NCBI GenBank assembly: GCA_026770705.1
Contig: JANJGN010000008.1
Location: forward strand, 87,978,001 to 88,042,000
From: Isurus oxyrinchus
Taxonomy: Eukaryota
DNA: 64,000 nucleotides
Direction of reading: 5' to 3'
A model generated the notes under the pieces. That model was given only the letters and a program-made list of their open reading frames with translations, ran no database searches and was not told where the DNA came from. Position numbers and translations under genes: made by a program. Positions 11,336-24,919 of the stretch are shown one piece after another (the stretch's first letter is position 1; every line of letters begins with the position of its first letter).

Positions 11336-14300
11336 TAAGAACAGAGGAACATAAGAAAATAAGAAATAGGAGCAGGAGTAGGCCATTTGGCCCCTCAAGC
11401 CTGCCCCACAGTTCAATAAGATCGTGGCTGATCTGCCCCAGGCCTCAACTCCTCTTTCGTGCCAGCTCCTCATTGCCCTCAACTCCCTGATATTTCAAAA
11501 ACCTATCTACCTCCTCTTTAAATACTCTCAGTGATCTATCCTCCACCATTTTCTAGGGTGGAGAATTACAGACATTCACCACCATTTGAGTGAAGAAATT
11601 CCTTCACATCTCAGCTTTAAATGAGTGTCCCCCTTATTCTGTAACTATGTCTCCTAGTTTGAGATTCCCCACTAATGGAAACATTTTCTCAACATCTACC
11701 CTGTCAAGCCCCCTCAGAATCTTGTATGTTTCAACAAGACCACCCCTCATTCTTCTAAACTCTGATGAATAAAGGCCTAACCTGTTTAGCCATTCTTGAT
11801 AAGTTAACCCTTTCATCCTAGGAATCAGCCTGATGAATCTCTTTTGAACTGCCTCCAATACCAGTGTATCTTTTCTTAAATATGGGGACCAAAACTGTAC
11901 ACAGTACTCCAGGTGCAGCCTCACCAACACCTGTACAGTTGTAACAGGACTCCCTTATTTTTAAACTCCAAACCCCGAGCAATACAGGCCAAAATTCCAT
12001 TTGCCTTTTTAATTACTTGCTGCACCTGCATGCTAACTTTTTGTGTTTCATGCACAAGAACACCCAGATCCTTCTGTGCTGCACTTGTTTGGAGTCTCTC
12101 TTCATTTAAATAATAGTCTGCCTTTTGAATTTTCCCACCAAAGTGCATGAACTCACACTTTCCTACATTAAACTCCATCTGCCAAGTGTTTGCCCATTCA
12201 CTCAATCTGTCTATATCCTCTTGCAGATTCTTTATGTCCTCATCACAACATGCCCTCCCACCTTATTTTTGTATTGTCAGCAAATTTGGATACATCACAC
12301 TGCCCCCTCCTCCAAGTAATTAATATAGATAGTAAATAACTTAGGCCCTACGACTGACCCTTGTGATACTCCACTCGTTACATCTTTCCAACCTGAAAAA
12401 GATACATTAATCCTGATTCTCTGTCTTCTGTGTGTTAACCAACCCTCAGTTCATGCTAATATGTTACCCCCAATATCGTGAGCTCTGATCTTGTGCAATA
12501 ACCTTTTATGTGGCACCTTATCGAATGTCTTCTGAAAGTCCAAAAACATCTACCAGTTTCCCTTTATCAACTCTGCTTGTTATATCCTCAAAGGACTCTA
12601 GCAAATTTGTCAAACATGATTTCCCTTTCACAAAACCATGTTGACTCTGTTTGATTGCGTTAAGCTTTTCTCAATGTCCTGCTATTTCTTCCTTAATAAT
12701 GGACTCCTGCTTTTTCCCAACGACAGATGTTAGGCTGACTGGCCTGTAGTTTCCTGCTTTTTGTCTCCTTCCCTTTTTGAACAGGGGCATCACATTAGTG
12801 ATTTTTCAATCCGCTGGGACCCTCCTGGAATCCAGTGAGTTCTGGAATATTTCAACCAATCCCTCCACTATCTCTGCAGTTACTTTCTTTAAAGCCCTTC
12901 GATGCAGGCCATCAGGTCCTGGTGACTTGTCTGCCTTTAGTCCCATTGGTTTGTCAAATACTTTGTCCCTTGTGATAGAGACTGTTACAAGATCTTTCCT
13001 CCCATTAGTTCCTTGCTTATCTGATACCTTTGGACTATTTATAGTGTCCTCCACCGTGAAGAGAGATGCAAAATTATCTGCCATTTCCCTGTTCTCTGTT
13101 ATCAATTCTCCAGTTGCATCCTCCAAGGGTCCCATGATCACTTTAGCTATTCTCTTTTTATATACCCATAGAAGCTTTTGCTGTTTGTTTTTTTATTTCT
13201 TGCCAATTTATTTTCATAATCAATTTTCTACTTCTTTATTAGCTTTTTAGTCATCTGCTGCTGGTTCCTAAAAAATTCCCAATCTTCTGGCCTACCACTA
13301 GTTTTCGCCACTTTGTTTGCCATTATTTTTGATTGGATACTCTTCTTGACCACCTTTGTTAACCATGGGCGTTTCATCCTTCCCATCGAGTCCTTTTTCA
13401 CCAGGATAAATTTTTGCTGAGCGTTATGAAATATCTATTTAAATGTCTGCCACTGCTCATCCACTGACCTTCCCCTTAGTCTATTTTCCCATTCTGCTTT
13501 AGACAACTCTTCTTCATACCTCTGTAATTGTCCTTATTTAAGTTGAGGAGATGGGTTTGAGATCTGAGTTTTTCGCCTTCAAACTGAATTTAAAATTCTA
13601 CCATGTTGTGATTGCAACCCCCATAGAGGATCCTTAACTATGAGATCTCTTATTAATCTTACCTCATTACACATTACTAGATCTAAAATGGCATTATCCT
13701 GGGTAGGTTCTATAACGTATTGCTCTAAGAGACAATTCCTGATGCACTCTACAAATTTGTCTTCCATGTTACCCCTGGCAATCTGATTTGTCCAGTCAAT
13801 ATGCAGATTAAAATCACCTATGACAATTGAAGTGCCTTTCTTACACACCTCCATTATTTCCTGATTTATACTTTGTCCTACAGTGAGGCAACTCTTCGGG
13901 ACCTATAGAAGACTCCCACCCGTGGCTTCTTCTCCTTGCTATTCCTTATTTCCACCCAAACTGATTCCACATCATGATCTATTGCACCTATATCACTACT
14001 CACCACTTCACTGATACCTTCCCTTATTAACAAAGCTACCCCGCCTCCTTTTCCTTTTTGCCTATTTTTCTGGAACGTCGAATACCCTTGAATATTGAGT
14101 TCCCAGCCTCAGTCACCCCGCAACCATGTCTCTATAATAGCTATCCAGTCATATCCATATATTTCTATTTGTGCTATCATCTATCTTGTTACAAATGCTG
14201 CATGTATTCAGATAAAAAGCCTTTTGACTTTGACTTTTTACCATTATTACTCATTCTGATTCTAATTTCTGCTGCACTCTACTGCTTATATTTTCTGCCC

Positions 14301-14502
14301 CTTCCTCTCACACTTTGATTATCGTTTGCCTCGTCACTACCCTGAATCTCTGCTCTCTCCTTTAATTTTGTCTTTTGAAACTTCCCTTCAATTGAACCCT
14401 CACCCTCATTAATTAGTTTAAAGCCTTAACTACAACCCTAGTTATATGATTCGCCAGGACACTGGTCCCAGCATGGTTCAAATGAAGCCCATCCCAACAG
14501 AG
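11336..14502 (-). mobile_element. CR1 LINE (end of ORF1, APE endonuclease, RT, 3' UTR) nested in another CR1
   Basis: Motifs IGDFNLHIDW, NAILDLV, KSPGPDGLH, HLEYCVQFWSP and WQMEFNVGKC; tail repeat (ACATAAGA-like on +) at 11336-11370; multiple stops and deletions. Confidence 0.92.
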
Positions 14503-15240
14503 TGTTTGGAACAAGGTTGTAATGAAGTCAGGAACTGCATGACTGTAGTGGAAGCATCAGTGAACAGGTTATTGCTGTATACGTTCCACTTGATAGCACT
14601 GTCAATTACACCTTCCATCGTTTTGCTGATAATCGAGAGTAGACTGATAGGTTGGTAATTGGCCTGATTCGGTTTGTCCTGCTTCTTGTAGACAGTACAT
14701 GCCAGGGTACATTTCTACATTGTCAGGTAGATACCAGTTTTGTAGCTGTACTGGAACAGCTTGCCTAGGAGCATGGCTAGTTCTGGAGCACAAGTCTTCA
14801 GTACTACTGCCAGGATGTTGTCAGAGTCCATAGTCTTCTCTGTGTCTAATGCCTTCAGCTGTTTCTTGTTCTCACATGGAGTGAATCAAAATAGCTGAAG
14901 AGTGGCATCTGTGATGCTAGGGACCTCAGGAGGAGGCCAAGATGGATCAGCAACATTTCCAGCTGAAGATGGTTGTAAATGTGTTAGCCTTCTCTTTGAT
15001 ATGCTGACCTCCTCCATCATTGAGGATGGAGATATTTATGGGGTCTCTTTTCCCGATTAGTTGTTTAATTGCCCACTACTATTCATGAATGTGCAGGCCT
15101 GTAGTGCTTTGACCTTATCTGTTGGTTGTGGGATCACTTATCGCTCTACCACATGCTGCTTCCAATTGTTTGGCATGCATGTAGCTTCTTGAGGTTAGCA
15201 CCTCATTTTTAGGTATGTCTGGTTCTGCTTCTGGCATCTG
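14503..15240 (-). mobile_element. HER1-type CR1, 5' continuation of the 10650-11335 copy
   Basis: GTCCA|...|TGTTTGGAACAAGG rejoins across the nested CR1 and matches the reverse complement of 28660-28680. Confidence 0.8.
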
Positions 15241-15769
15241 GCTTACTAGTGCAAAACATTACCGCTATACCATCATTCCCTAATGTAATATTCAAAACTC
15301 CACTGGAGCATAGCCTACATCATCATACACTTCCATGTTGTCCAGTTTTCATTGAGTTGGGTGTGGTACCGACTAAACCAGGTTGAGGCAAGTTGTGGTA
15401 CATGACCCAAAGTTGCAATAATGTAGAATTGCCTTCCATTTTATGGCAAATTGGAACATGAACATTAGCTTTTTGACTATGTCTTTTCAATTAAAAATTA
15501 GAATTGGTTGCCTCAACAATGTTCATAGAATAAATGACCCTCAATTGGAGGTACTTACCCTGCAAGTATCCAGAATTGACTGTTGTTGAGTGATGAGCAG
15601 CACTGAGTACCTCTTGTCTAGGATAAGCGAAAGAAATCTGCAAATATTCCTGATTACCGCAATCCAGTGCCTCATAATGGATAACATATGTGTATTTGAT
15701 GCGGCAGAGCTGTGATTTTAAACAGACCAAACAGCTTTCTCAAAATTTGGCCATTCACTCTCCCAAAAC

Positions 15770-16200
15770 CATTGCCCACAACACCAGTTCACAGAGATAC
15801 CGTTGGCCTTCAATTCAAGGAGACATACATACGAATTTGGAGCAAGAGTAGGCCACTCAGCCCCTCAAGCCTGCTCCACCATTCAATATGATCATGGCTG
15901 ATCTGATTGTAACCTCAACTCCACATTCCTGCTTACCCCCGATGACCTTTCACCCCCTTGCTTATCGAGAATCGATCTACTTCAAAAATTTTCAAAGACA
16001 CTGAACTGCCTCCACTCCCTTCACTATAACCTAACCACCCCAGCTCACAGACACACAGAACCTCTCAGAACTCAATTCACAGAGACACTGTACTCCTCGG
16101 GACACAATTTACTGAGACATTGAACCTGCTTCACAGGACACTGAACCCCTAATTCACAGAGACAATGTACTCCTCAGGACCCAATTCACTGATACCATTA
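15770..16200. repeat. Degenerate minisatellite (AATTCACAGAGACACTG core) interrupted by a short minus-strand CR1 3' end (~15826-15995)
   Basis: Repeated CAATTCAC.GAGACA.TG.AC units; the insert has AGCAAGAGTAGGCCACTCAGCCCCTCAAGCCTG as in 11370-11400. Confidence 0.65.
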
Positions 16201-18264
16201 GAACTAAGCCACTGAGGCCTCAGCTGGTATCTTTAGTGCAGTGATGACTTCAGTTTCTTCTGGATCTCTGCCCCTGTAGCCCTCTATTCAAACAAATACT
16301 CCTACCTACACCACCCCACCGCCCCCCAACTGACACTTCCCTCTCCTCCCCACAACAGAGGCCTGTCCTCCAAGCACTATAGATTGGATCTCCTTTACTC
16401 ATGTTTAGTTTCACCAACAGTGTTCAAAGTGCAGATAGAACACTGCAAGTGTTCAAAGTGTGCAAAATGCAAGTAGAACACTAAACCCTTCCTTTGAGAC
16501 AGGACTCTCAAAGTAAGACCTCCCAGTGGAGAGCGGGGCCCAGATTTACACTATTTTCTTAATTGCATATGAAACATTGACTGTCAGCATGAATGGGTAG
16601 GCATGTCTGGAATTAGCTGTTGAGACTCAGTGTCTAGGTCCTTCCATGCTAAATGGTCATTTGAATGAGTTTGGAGTTTGTGAGGCCCATTGCCTAGCAT
16701 AAGTCAACACCTTCAGGAGAGAGAAAGGAACAAAGATTGAATTTTATCCACCCTCTGTCCTTCAAGTATTTATGCAGTGCAACAAAATATAAAACAGTCC
16801 CCTTATAAATTGATATCTGGCAGTGAAACTTAACTTTATCAGGGAGGAAATGGTCTGACAGGCATGTTGCCCTGGTTCAAAGTTCATTTCCTGCTCAGTG
16901 TAAAAAGCAAAGCAATTTTTTTTTCATGTAGGCGCACAGGCTGCTTTGAATTCCTCTGAGGTTCAAGTGGAAGTGCTTTCTTTTTCAAAATATAATGGAA
17001 TGCAAGTAGAACACTAAACCCTTCCTTTCAGTGTTCAAGTGGAGGGATCTCTGGTTAATTTCAGTGTCTATGGCCATGTCTAGCAAAGAGAAACATGGAT
17101 TATGTCGAAATACATTCACAGAAATGTTGGGACAAGTCAAGTGCATTGTAAAACGGCTGCTGAAGAATTTTGTGAAGCTTCACTTATACTACAGAATGAT
17201 TTTTGAGTTCTTGAGACTCATGTAGTTGACAACCGACTATTTACTATTTGTGACCTTGAATCATTCCAGAAGCTGTGGGCCCATGACAGCAAATTCATTA
17301 TAATCCAGCAAGACTTGAAGGATGTCAAAATTTTGAATGTAACAGGATTATAGATCGAAGCAGAGCCTTGCAGAAGGGGAATATGAGAGCTGTAACTCAT
17401 TCCTGAAGATTCTGTTGGCTTTATACTAGCATGAAGTATTGATTGAATTATAGTCTTTCACCCCCGCCCAGATATTTGTTATTCCATCTATGACATACAA
17501 TTTAACATGATTTCATTTTGCAAATGGAAATGTAGTTGCTATAACTACTAGCTACTCTTGTTAATAATTATACATTTGCAAGCTGGGGTGAATAGAACCA
17601 TTATTTATGAATAATCTCTCTATAATGCCTGCTGTAATAATTTTGTTCATTCAAAATTGAAACTGAGTGAAGCTGCCTTCATGTCTGAGAGGATGAATTC
17701 ATGGTTTGCTATGCTACTGAGAGTTTGGGTCATTTTGTTTTGGGCTAATCAGGTGAAGTTGCCTGTTATAGACATTTGTTGATTTTCATTTTATGGAATC
17801 AGAAGAAATGTGAACCAATATTGCCCTGTTTAGTCTGACGTGTCTAAACTACTCTCCCATGGCTCCAGGAAGGTCCAAATTTCCATTCCCGATCTGTGCT
17901 ATGGTGTGACAGCAGGAACATTGCAATTAATATCAGCTTCAGTGTCCTGCTCACTGTCTACCTTCAATGCAGCTTGAAATATGTCAAGGTGGGTGTCAGA
18001 TGATGACTTTGCTTATGACCACCAGGGTCAAATAGCCTGCTGACATTGTCTCGGAACATCTGTGAAGAAGAATGGCCTGGTCTTGATACTGGAGCAAAGG
18101 TGTTCAAATGCCTTGTCTTTATCACCAATTTGGGTACATATCATGGACCCTCACAGACCACCATATAAAATCTAAATGAATGCTCCCATAAATTGCCTTA
18201 GGTTAGAACTAACAGACCATGGTGCTCAACATGAGAACAGTGTCGAAAAAGTACATTTACTATT

Positions 18265-18661
18265 TTTTTCTTTGCTAAATTGTTTCACAGGATGTGGGCA
18301 TCACTAGCAAGGCCTGCATTTGTTGCCCATCCCTAACCACCCTTCAGAAGATGGCGCCACCTTGACCACTGAGAGACAAGGCCATTTCAGAGAGCAGTTA
18401 AGAATCAACCACTTTGCTGTTGTTAGTCACATGTAGGCCAGACTGGGTAGGGATGGCAAATTTCCTTCCCTAAAGGATATTAGTGAACCAGCTGGGTTTT
18501 TACTACAATTGATGATAGTTTCATGGTCACCATTACTGAGACTAGCTCTCAATTCCAGATTGATTAACTGAATTTGAATTCCAACAGCTGCCATGGTGGA
18601 ATATTCACCTGAGCTTCTGGATTGCTTGTCTACATACATTACCATTATACCACCATCGCCC
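18265..18661 (-). mobile_element. HE1-type tRNA-derived SINE, near full length
   Basis: Minus-strand head GGGCGATGGTGGTATAATGGT, central body shared with other copies, HER1-like 3' tail. Confidence 0.8.
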
Positions 18662-19069
18662 TATCACCAGACGCTAAAGGGGAAAAACATAGGGGAACTT
18701 AGAATTTGTTCCTGATTCCTGAGACCTTTAGAGAGCCAGGACTCACAGGCTATATATGACTTCCATGTCATAGTTTGGACATCCCAGTATGAAGGGTTGC
18801 TAATGTCTGTGGCACATATTCCAAAATGAGTGATTAGCTTCAGGACAGGAGAGGAGAAAAGAGAGGTGTGTATTTATGCACCAGATCTCTCTTGAATTTT
18901 CGAAAGCACAGTTAATGTAAGTATGTTACATCATTAATGTCCTGAAAGCAGCTGAGATGAATAGTCTATTAACCAACTTTTGCTAGTGTTGGATGAGGAA
19001 AATATATCGACTGGGCCACTGGCAAAACTATCTGCTCTTTATCAAATTGTACCACTAGATCTCTAAAAA

Positions 19070-19472
19070 GGAAACACTTGCATTTATATAGCATTTTTCC
19101 TGACCACCGAAGATCTCAAAGTGCATTACAGTCAATGAAGTAGTCTTTGACATGCAGTGGCTGTTTTGATACAGGAAACATGGCAGCCAATGTGCAGATA
19201 GCAAACTCCCATGATCAGCAATATGATAATGACAAAATACTCTGTTTTTGTGAGGTTAGTTGAGGGGTAAATATTGACCAAGACACCAGAGATAAATGCT
19301 CTCTTCTTCTTTAAAATGGTGCATCCACTTGAGAGGGCAGATGAGGCCTTGGTTTAACGTCCCATCTAAAAAGCAGCCTGGAGTGCCAGCCTTGATGTTT
19401 TTTGCTTAACTCCTGAAGTGGGACTTGAACCCAGAACCCTGTGGCTTAGAGGCAAAAGTGCAATCAGCTGAA
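19070..19472 (-). mobile_element. Deu-domain SINE (SacSINE1-like) with L2-type tail
   Basis: B box (GGTTCAAGTCCC on minus), Deu core ATTGCTG...TGGGAGTTTGCT...AATTGGCTGCC-like, tail GCTATATAAATGCAAGT. Confidence 0.75.
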
Positions 19473-19489
19473 ATCTGTAATCACCTGTC

Positions 19490-20155
19490 TTACAGGAGCA
19501 AACAATTTGGAGGAGCTGTTGGTTGAAGAGGCTTTATTTCTTGAATGCTTTTTGGAAGCCTGGATTTGTGTAGGGAAAAAGTGAAGTCTAGGGGTTGTTG
19601 TTGGGAGCAGCTCTCCAGTCATGCCTATGACCGGTAATTGGATTCCTCCGGGCCAGTATAGTGGTGCGTCGGTTGTCCATAATCAGAGGTCTTTTAGCCA
19701 CAGTTCCTGATCCGACAGGACTGTCACACTGGCTCCTGTGTCTAACTTGAAATTTGTGAGGTGATCATTTACAGATTGTCGGCATTCCAAAATGTGAACC
19801 TGGGATCCTTAGTTTCTCTCAAGAAGCATTATTGGACTTCGTCTTGGTGTGGCTCATCTATCTCATGGATTTGTTTGGGATCCTCCGCATGTATCGAGGT
19901 TTTGGACTTACACATTTCTCCAAAGTGTCCCAGGTGTTTGCAGTGAAAGCACGGCACACTAATTGCTGGACACTGTTCGCGCCTGGGAGGTCTTTCGGTG
20001 CCACAGTGCTGACATGATCTGCCACCATTTTGTGTTTTGCTTGGGTATTGCTTCCCTTGTCCTGGTGTCTCCTTGCCCTTTTGTTGCTTTATGAGCCAGA
20101 CTGTTGGGGTTGCTCTGTAACATGGTTTAACTTTGCCACGCAAAATGGGTCAGTT
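19490..20155 (-). mobile_element. Second Gypsy fragment: gag zinc knuckles and protease
   Basis: ORF 19829..20143 CQHCG...CPA.SVPCFHCKHLGHFGEMC; minus-strand LTNFKLDTGASVTVLS at ~19715-19760. Confidence 0.85.
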
Positions 20156-20157
20156 TT

Positions 20158-21310
20158 TAAAATATTTGTTTATGGGATGTGGGCTAGGGCAGCATTTATT
20201 GCTCATCCCTAATTGCTCTTGAGAAGGTGGTGGTGAGCTACCTTCTTAACCTGCTGTTTTTCGTGTGGTGTAGGCACACCCACAATGCTGTTAGGAAGGG
20301 AGTTCCAGGGTTTTGACCCAGGGACAGTGAAGGAACGGCGATATATTTCCAAGTCAGGATGGTGAGTGGCTTGGAGGGGACCTTGCAGATGGTGGTGTTC
20401 TCATGCATATTGTGGCCTTGTCCTTCTTGGTGGTAAAGTTTGTGGGTTTGGAAGGTGCTGTCAAAGGAGCCTTGGTGAGCAGTGCAGCTTGTAGATAATA
20501 CACACTGCTGCTACTGTGTGTTAGTGGTGGAGGGACTGAATGTTTATTGTGGTGGATGGGGTGCCAATCAAGCAGGCTGCTTTGTCCTGGATGGTGTCAA
20601 GCTTCTTGAGTGATATTGGAGCTGATGAGCACTTGGCATGTCATAACATTCAAGGCTATGGGCAAAGTGCTGGTAAATGGGATTAGGCAGGTATGCCAGG
20701 TGTTTCTCACGTGTCGGTGCAGACTTGATGGGCCGAAAGGCCTCTTCTGCACTGTGATTCTGTGATTCTGTGATTCTATACTCATCCAGACAAGTGGAGA
20801 GTATTCCATCCCACTCCTGACTTGTGCCTTGCAGATGGTGGATAGGCTTTGGGGAGTCAGGAGGTGAGTTATTTTCCACAAAATTTCTAGCCTCTGACCT
20901 GCTTTTGTAACTACAGCATTTTTTTGGCTGTTCAAGTTCAGTTTATGGTCAATGGTAATCCCCAGGATGATGATAGTGGGGGATTCAGCGATGATAATTT
21001 CATTGAATGTCAAGGGGAGATGTTTAGATTTCTACCTTGTTGGAGATGGTCACTGGCACTTGTGTGGCATGAATGTTATTTGCCACTTGTCAGTCCAAGC
21101 CTGGATGTTGTCCAGGTCTTGCTGCATTTGGACATGGACTTCTTTAGTACCTGAGGAGTCGCAAATGGTGCTGAACATTGTGTAATCATCAGCGAGCATC
21201 CCCGCTTCTGATCTTATGATGGAAGGAAGGTCATTGATGAAAAGCTGAAGATGTTTGGGCCTAGTACACTGCCCTGTGGAGCTCCTGCAGTGATGTCCCG
21301 GGACTGATTC
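20158..21310 (-). mobile_element. HER1-type CR1 3' part with a nested + strand CR1 tail (20627-20779)
   Basis: RT motifs FINDLPSIIRSEAGMLADD and KAQVRSGMEYSPL; the nested piece ends in (TGATTCTG)n. Confidence 0.88.
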
Positions 21311-21680
21311 TTTAGTGCAGAAGGAAGCCATTCAGCCCATCGAGTCTGCACTGGCTCTCTGAAAGAGCATTCCACCTAGTCCCACTAGCAAACCAATTCC
21401 CTTTTGGATACCTCGATTGAACCTGCCTCCACCACCCTTTCAGGAAGTCTGCTCCAAATTCCAACCAGCCTCTGGTTGAAAAAATATTTCCTCACATCTC
21501 ATTTACTCCTTTTGCCAAATATTTTGAATCTGTGCCCTTTAGTTCTTGATGCTGTCTTGAGTGGGAACAGCTTCTCACTATTTTACCCCTCAGGATCTTG
21601 AATACCACCATCAAGCCTCCTCCAGCTTCTTTTCTCCTAGGAAACGACTCTCAACCTCCCTAATCTTTTCCTTATTATTT
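21310..21680 (-). mobile_element. CR1 3' fragment
   Basis: CAGAAGGAAGCCATTCAGCCCATCGAGTCTG 3' UTR stem-loop and RT C-terminal remnants. Confidence 0.7.
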
Positions 21681-23782
21681 TTAAGCAAGACCAGAATGGG
21701 CCAAATCCGTCTTGCGCCACAAATCCCGTTCATGTCTCCAAAGACCCACCAAAACTGCTTACCCCAGCTCCTGGAATTTCAACGACTTAAACTCTAATCC
21801 TGCTTAAAGTTTACTAAATTGTACCTGCACCCTCTAGCCTTGTAGCTGCACTGCTTTACCAACATTCAGTAGCATTGTGCTTTCTCCGCAGCACTGGAAA
21901 GTTGTGGGTAACAAAATTAACTGTGCATGCAACAATCACTGCACAGGCAATATTTTTTGAAAAACATTGTTCGTATAACCTTCCAGTGCCAGACTGAAAG
22001 CAGTGTTCCAGTATTAAAACTGCTATAATGGAAGCAGGAGGAAGATTGGGGATTCATGGTGGTGAGCACATAACAACTGAGGATAGGATTGGGCTCAGCT
22101 CCAATGCAATGGCCTGCATTATTCAATGCTTAGACTCACATATGAAGCATGGTCACTTTGGCAAGGTACCTGAAAGGTGCAGCAATACCATACCATTGAG
22201 GCACTTTTATATTAGCATGTCAAATGCTTACAGCCAATGATGTTAGTATGAAACCTGAACCACTTTTATGGTCAGTACTTATTACAATAATATTAGTCAG
22301 CTTCCCACGGCGAACATGCACTGACAGGCATCCCACCAATCAGACAACTAGGAAATTCTCCAGGAAACTGAGCCTGAATTATTGACATTAAAGCAACTGG
22401 GTAATCAAGGAAATGCAACCATGGATGTGAACGGGAAAACTATTGTACAGTCAGGGGATGCATTTGTGCTTCTTCTGGCCTCAAAAATTATTGGCAAAGC
22501 TTTTCTTTGTTATTTTTCACCTACAGCAATATATTTATGAACCACTAGTTTGGCCACTCCATGCTCAGTCTAAGTGAGTGGAGAGCACTCCCCATCCGGG
22601 GAAAGAACCAACTTGCCGCAGGGTCCTAAACACCACTAGTGAGTCACAAATTTGCGTATGGTACAAATTCTCCTGCTTTGTTTTGGGCAGGGCCTCGGCT
22701 TGGCTGTTTCGCAGCCCACTCTTAGTCAGTGGGAACGAAGTGTCCAATGCTGCACTGCACCTGTTGGTCCATTATCCCCCATTTCCACCTGAACACAAGG
22801 ATGAAAATTGCCTCCCAAACCCAGAAGATAACATGCACAGGAAAAAGGATTTTTAAAAATCTGACAACTGAATACACACATGTTCACATATCTGTCATTT
22901 CTTCCTTCTTTCATGCTCACACAATGTGGACTCATGGATTTATGGAGTATAAATTCAAAATGAACAATCTTCCTGAAAACAAAATGGAGAATGGACAATT
23001 TATTTTTTTTTAAATGGAGTTGATAGCTCAGGTGACCTTTTCCTTCCTGTCAATAAACATGAAACTACACAAGGCCCTGGAGTTAACCTTCATGTCTGTT
23101 CAAGTCATAAAATGCAAATGAACTTTTGGGACATCTTATTGAGAGGTAATTAAAATATGACAAACCTTTCCTGTGGTTTAATGGATGCTTTATCCAACTA
23201 ATTAAAGAGACTAATTCACAATGGATTTGCAGTCTTTTCAGTTTTAGAGTAGAATTCCAAAGGATGGGCGTGACAAAACCATATTCTGCCAGAATAATAT
23301 GCGAATGGGTGAAATTCCAGACCCCCATTGTTTGACAATGGCCAAGTCATCAGAGACCATTTGTGAGGACCATGAGAAAGGTACAACGGTCACATGACAG
23401 AAACCAGATTTCTGGTAAAGGATATTTAATAAGACACATGTTTGGAGTGCAAAGAGCAAGAAGGGATCCAGACCAGGGGAATAGGACCCTGCCTAATATC
23501 CATTAGCAGGCAATTAACTCATGTTAGCCTTTTCTTGTCTATTTGAAGAACCAAACCAAGTTTTTACCCTTACAAGGAAACCTGTCGTTTGTCTGTTTGT
23601 AACAGTTACAGCACTCAGAGGGCTAAAACACATTTCCTTTTAAAAAAACACATCTGTCTTTGGTCAGTAGAGACATGGAAAGCCATGTCTCTCCTGTCCG
23701 TAACACTTCCACCAATGTTTTCCGACCTCAGACGTGACTATATTAATAAAATTAAAACTATTAAAAGCATGTACCCATGAAC

Positions 23783-24560
23783 ATTTTTTCTTTATTCTTC
23801 ATGGGATGTAGGTGTCACTGTCAAGGTCAGCATTTGTTGCCCATTCCTAATTTCCCTTGAACTAAGTGGCTTCTAGGCCATTTCAGAGTGCAGCTATGAG
23901 TCAAACACATTGGCCTGAAATTTCCCCTCGGTGATTTGGGGGTGAGGCCCGCTCACTGATGGGAAAATGACGCGGGATGACGTTGGGAGGAACCCCGACG
24001 TCATCCCAGTCCATTTAAATCTTTAGGAAGGCAGGCGGACAGCGCAATGTCCAATTGAGGCCATTGACAAGATAATTAAGATAATTAAAGACCTTTCCCC
24101 TCCAACCTTAAGGTTGGCAGGCAGGCCAGGAGCCCCAGCGGGCTGCTGAAAAAACATGAAACCTCATCCACTGGCAGGATGAGGTTTCATGTCCAAAGTG
24201 AGCGAAAGAGCGCACTTTGACAGGTGTGGAATACCTCCCCCCCGGCACAGGAAGCTCATAGTGCTTCCCGTCTGGCGGACTGGCCGGCAACCTAGGGCAA
24301 AATTTTGCCTATTGCTGTAGGCCTGAAGTCACATGTAGGCCAGACCAGGTAAGGATGACATAGACATAGACCAGACAATCATTGATAGTTTCATTGTTAC
24401 CATTATGGAGACTAGCAATTTTTAAAATGAGATTATTATTAATTTTGAAATTAAATTCCACCAGCTGCTGTGGTGAGATTTGAACCTGTGGCCCTATAGC
24501 ATTTGCCTAAGTCTCTAGATCATAGGTCAAGTGACATTACCAGTATGCCACCATCTCCCC
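23783..24560 (-). mobile_element. HE1-type SINE split by a MITE
   Basis: The SINE body CACATT|GCTGT rejoins across 23912-24310; the head GGGGAGATGGTGGCATACTGGT is on the minus strand. Confidence 0.8.
23912..24310. mobile_element. PIF/Harbinger-type MITE with 3-bp TSD ATT
   Basis: Ends GGCCTGAAATTT / AAATTTTGCCT; ATT at 23909-23911 and 24311-24313; homologous to 40556-41125 and 44488-45195. Confidence 0.8.
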
Positions 24561-24919
24561 AAAAACACAGATGCCAATTACATGCATTGCAAAGCCAAAT
24601 ACAGACTGTTCATATGTAATTCTTTTTAAATAAAATTATCCGTGGGTGTACCCAACAGAATAATGGGGTTGTGAAGCCTGGTCTCAGCTAAGTAAGTGCT
24701 GTAGCTTCACTCTCAGCATTGCACAATTTCAATGAAGCTTTTCTCTACTATTTAGTTTGCTTTTTCCACTGTGAGTGGTGAAGCAATCCCAACATTTAGT
24801 AATACCTCAATTTCTGTCAACAAATTGAAGTTGGAACATTCTTATGCAAATGAAAAGTCATTCTATATCATGGGGATCATGTCACTTAAAGAGAAACTCA
24901 GTGACTGATCAAACTGCTC

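Noticed and set aside
16540-22240. Short related segments (~16540-16730, 17870-18110, 22010-22240; also ~60790-61030) resembling an old LF-SINE-like family
   Set aside because: Similarity by eye is too degenerate to fix boundaries or family without an alignment, so they are not listed as features.
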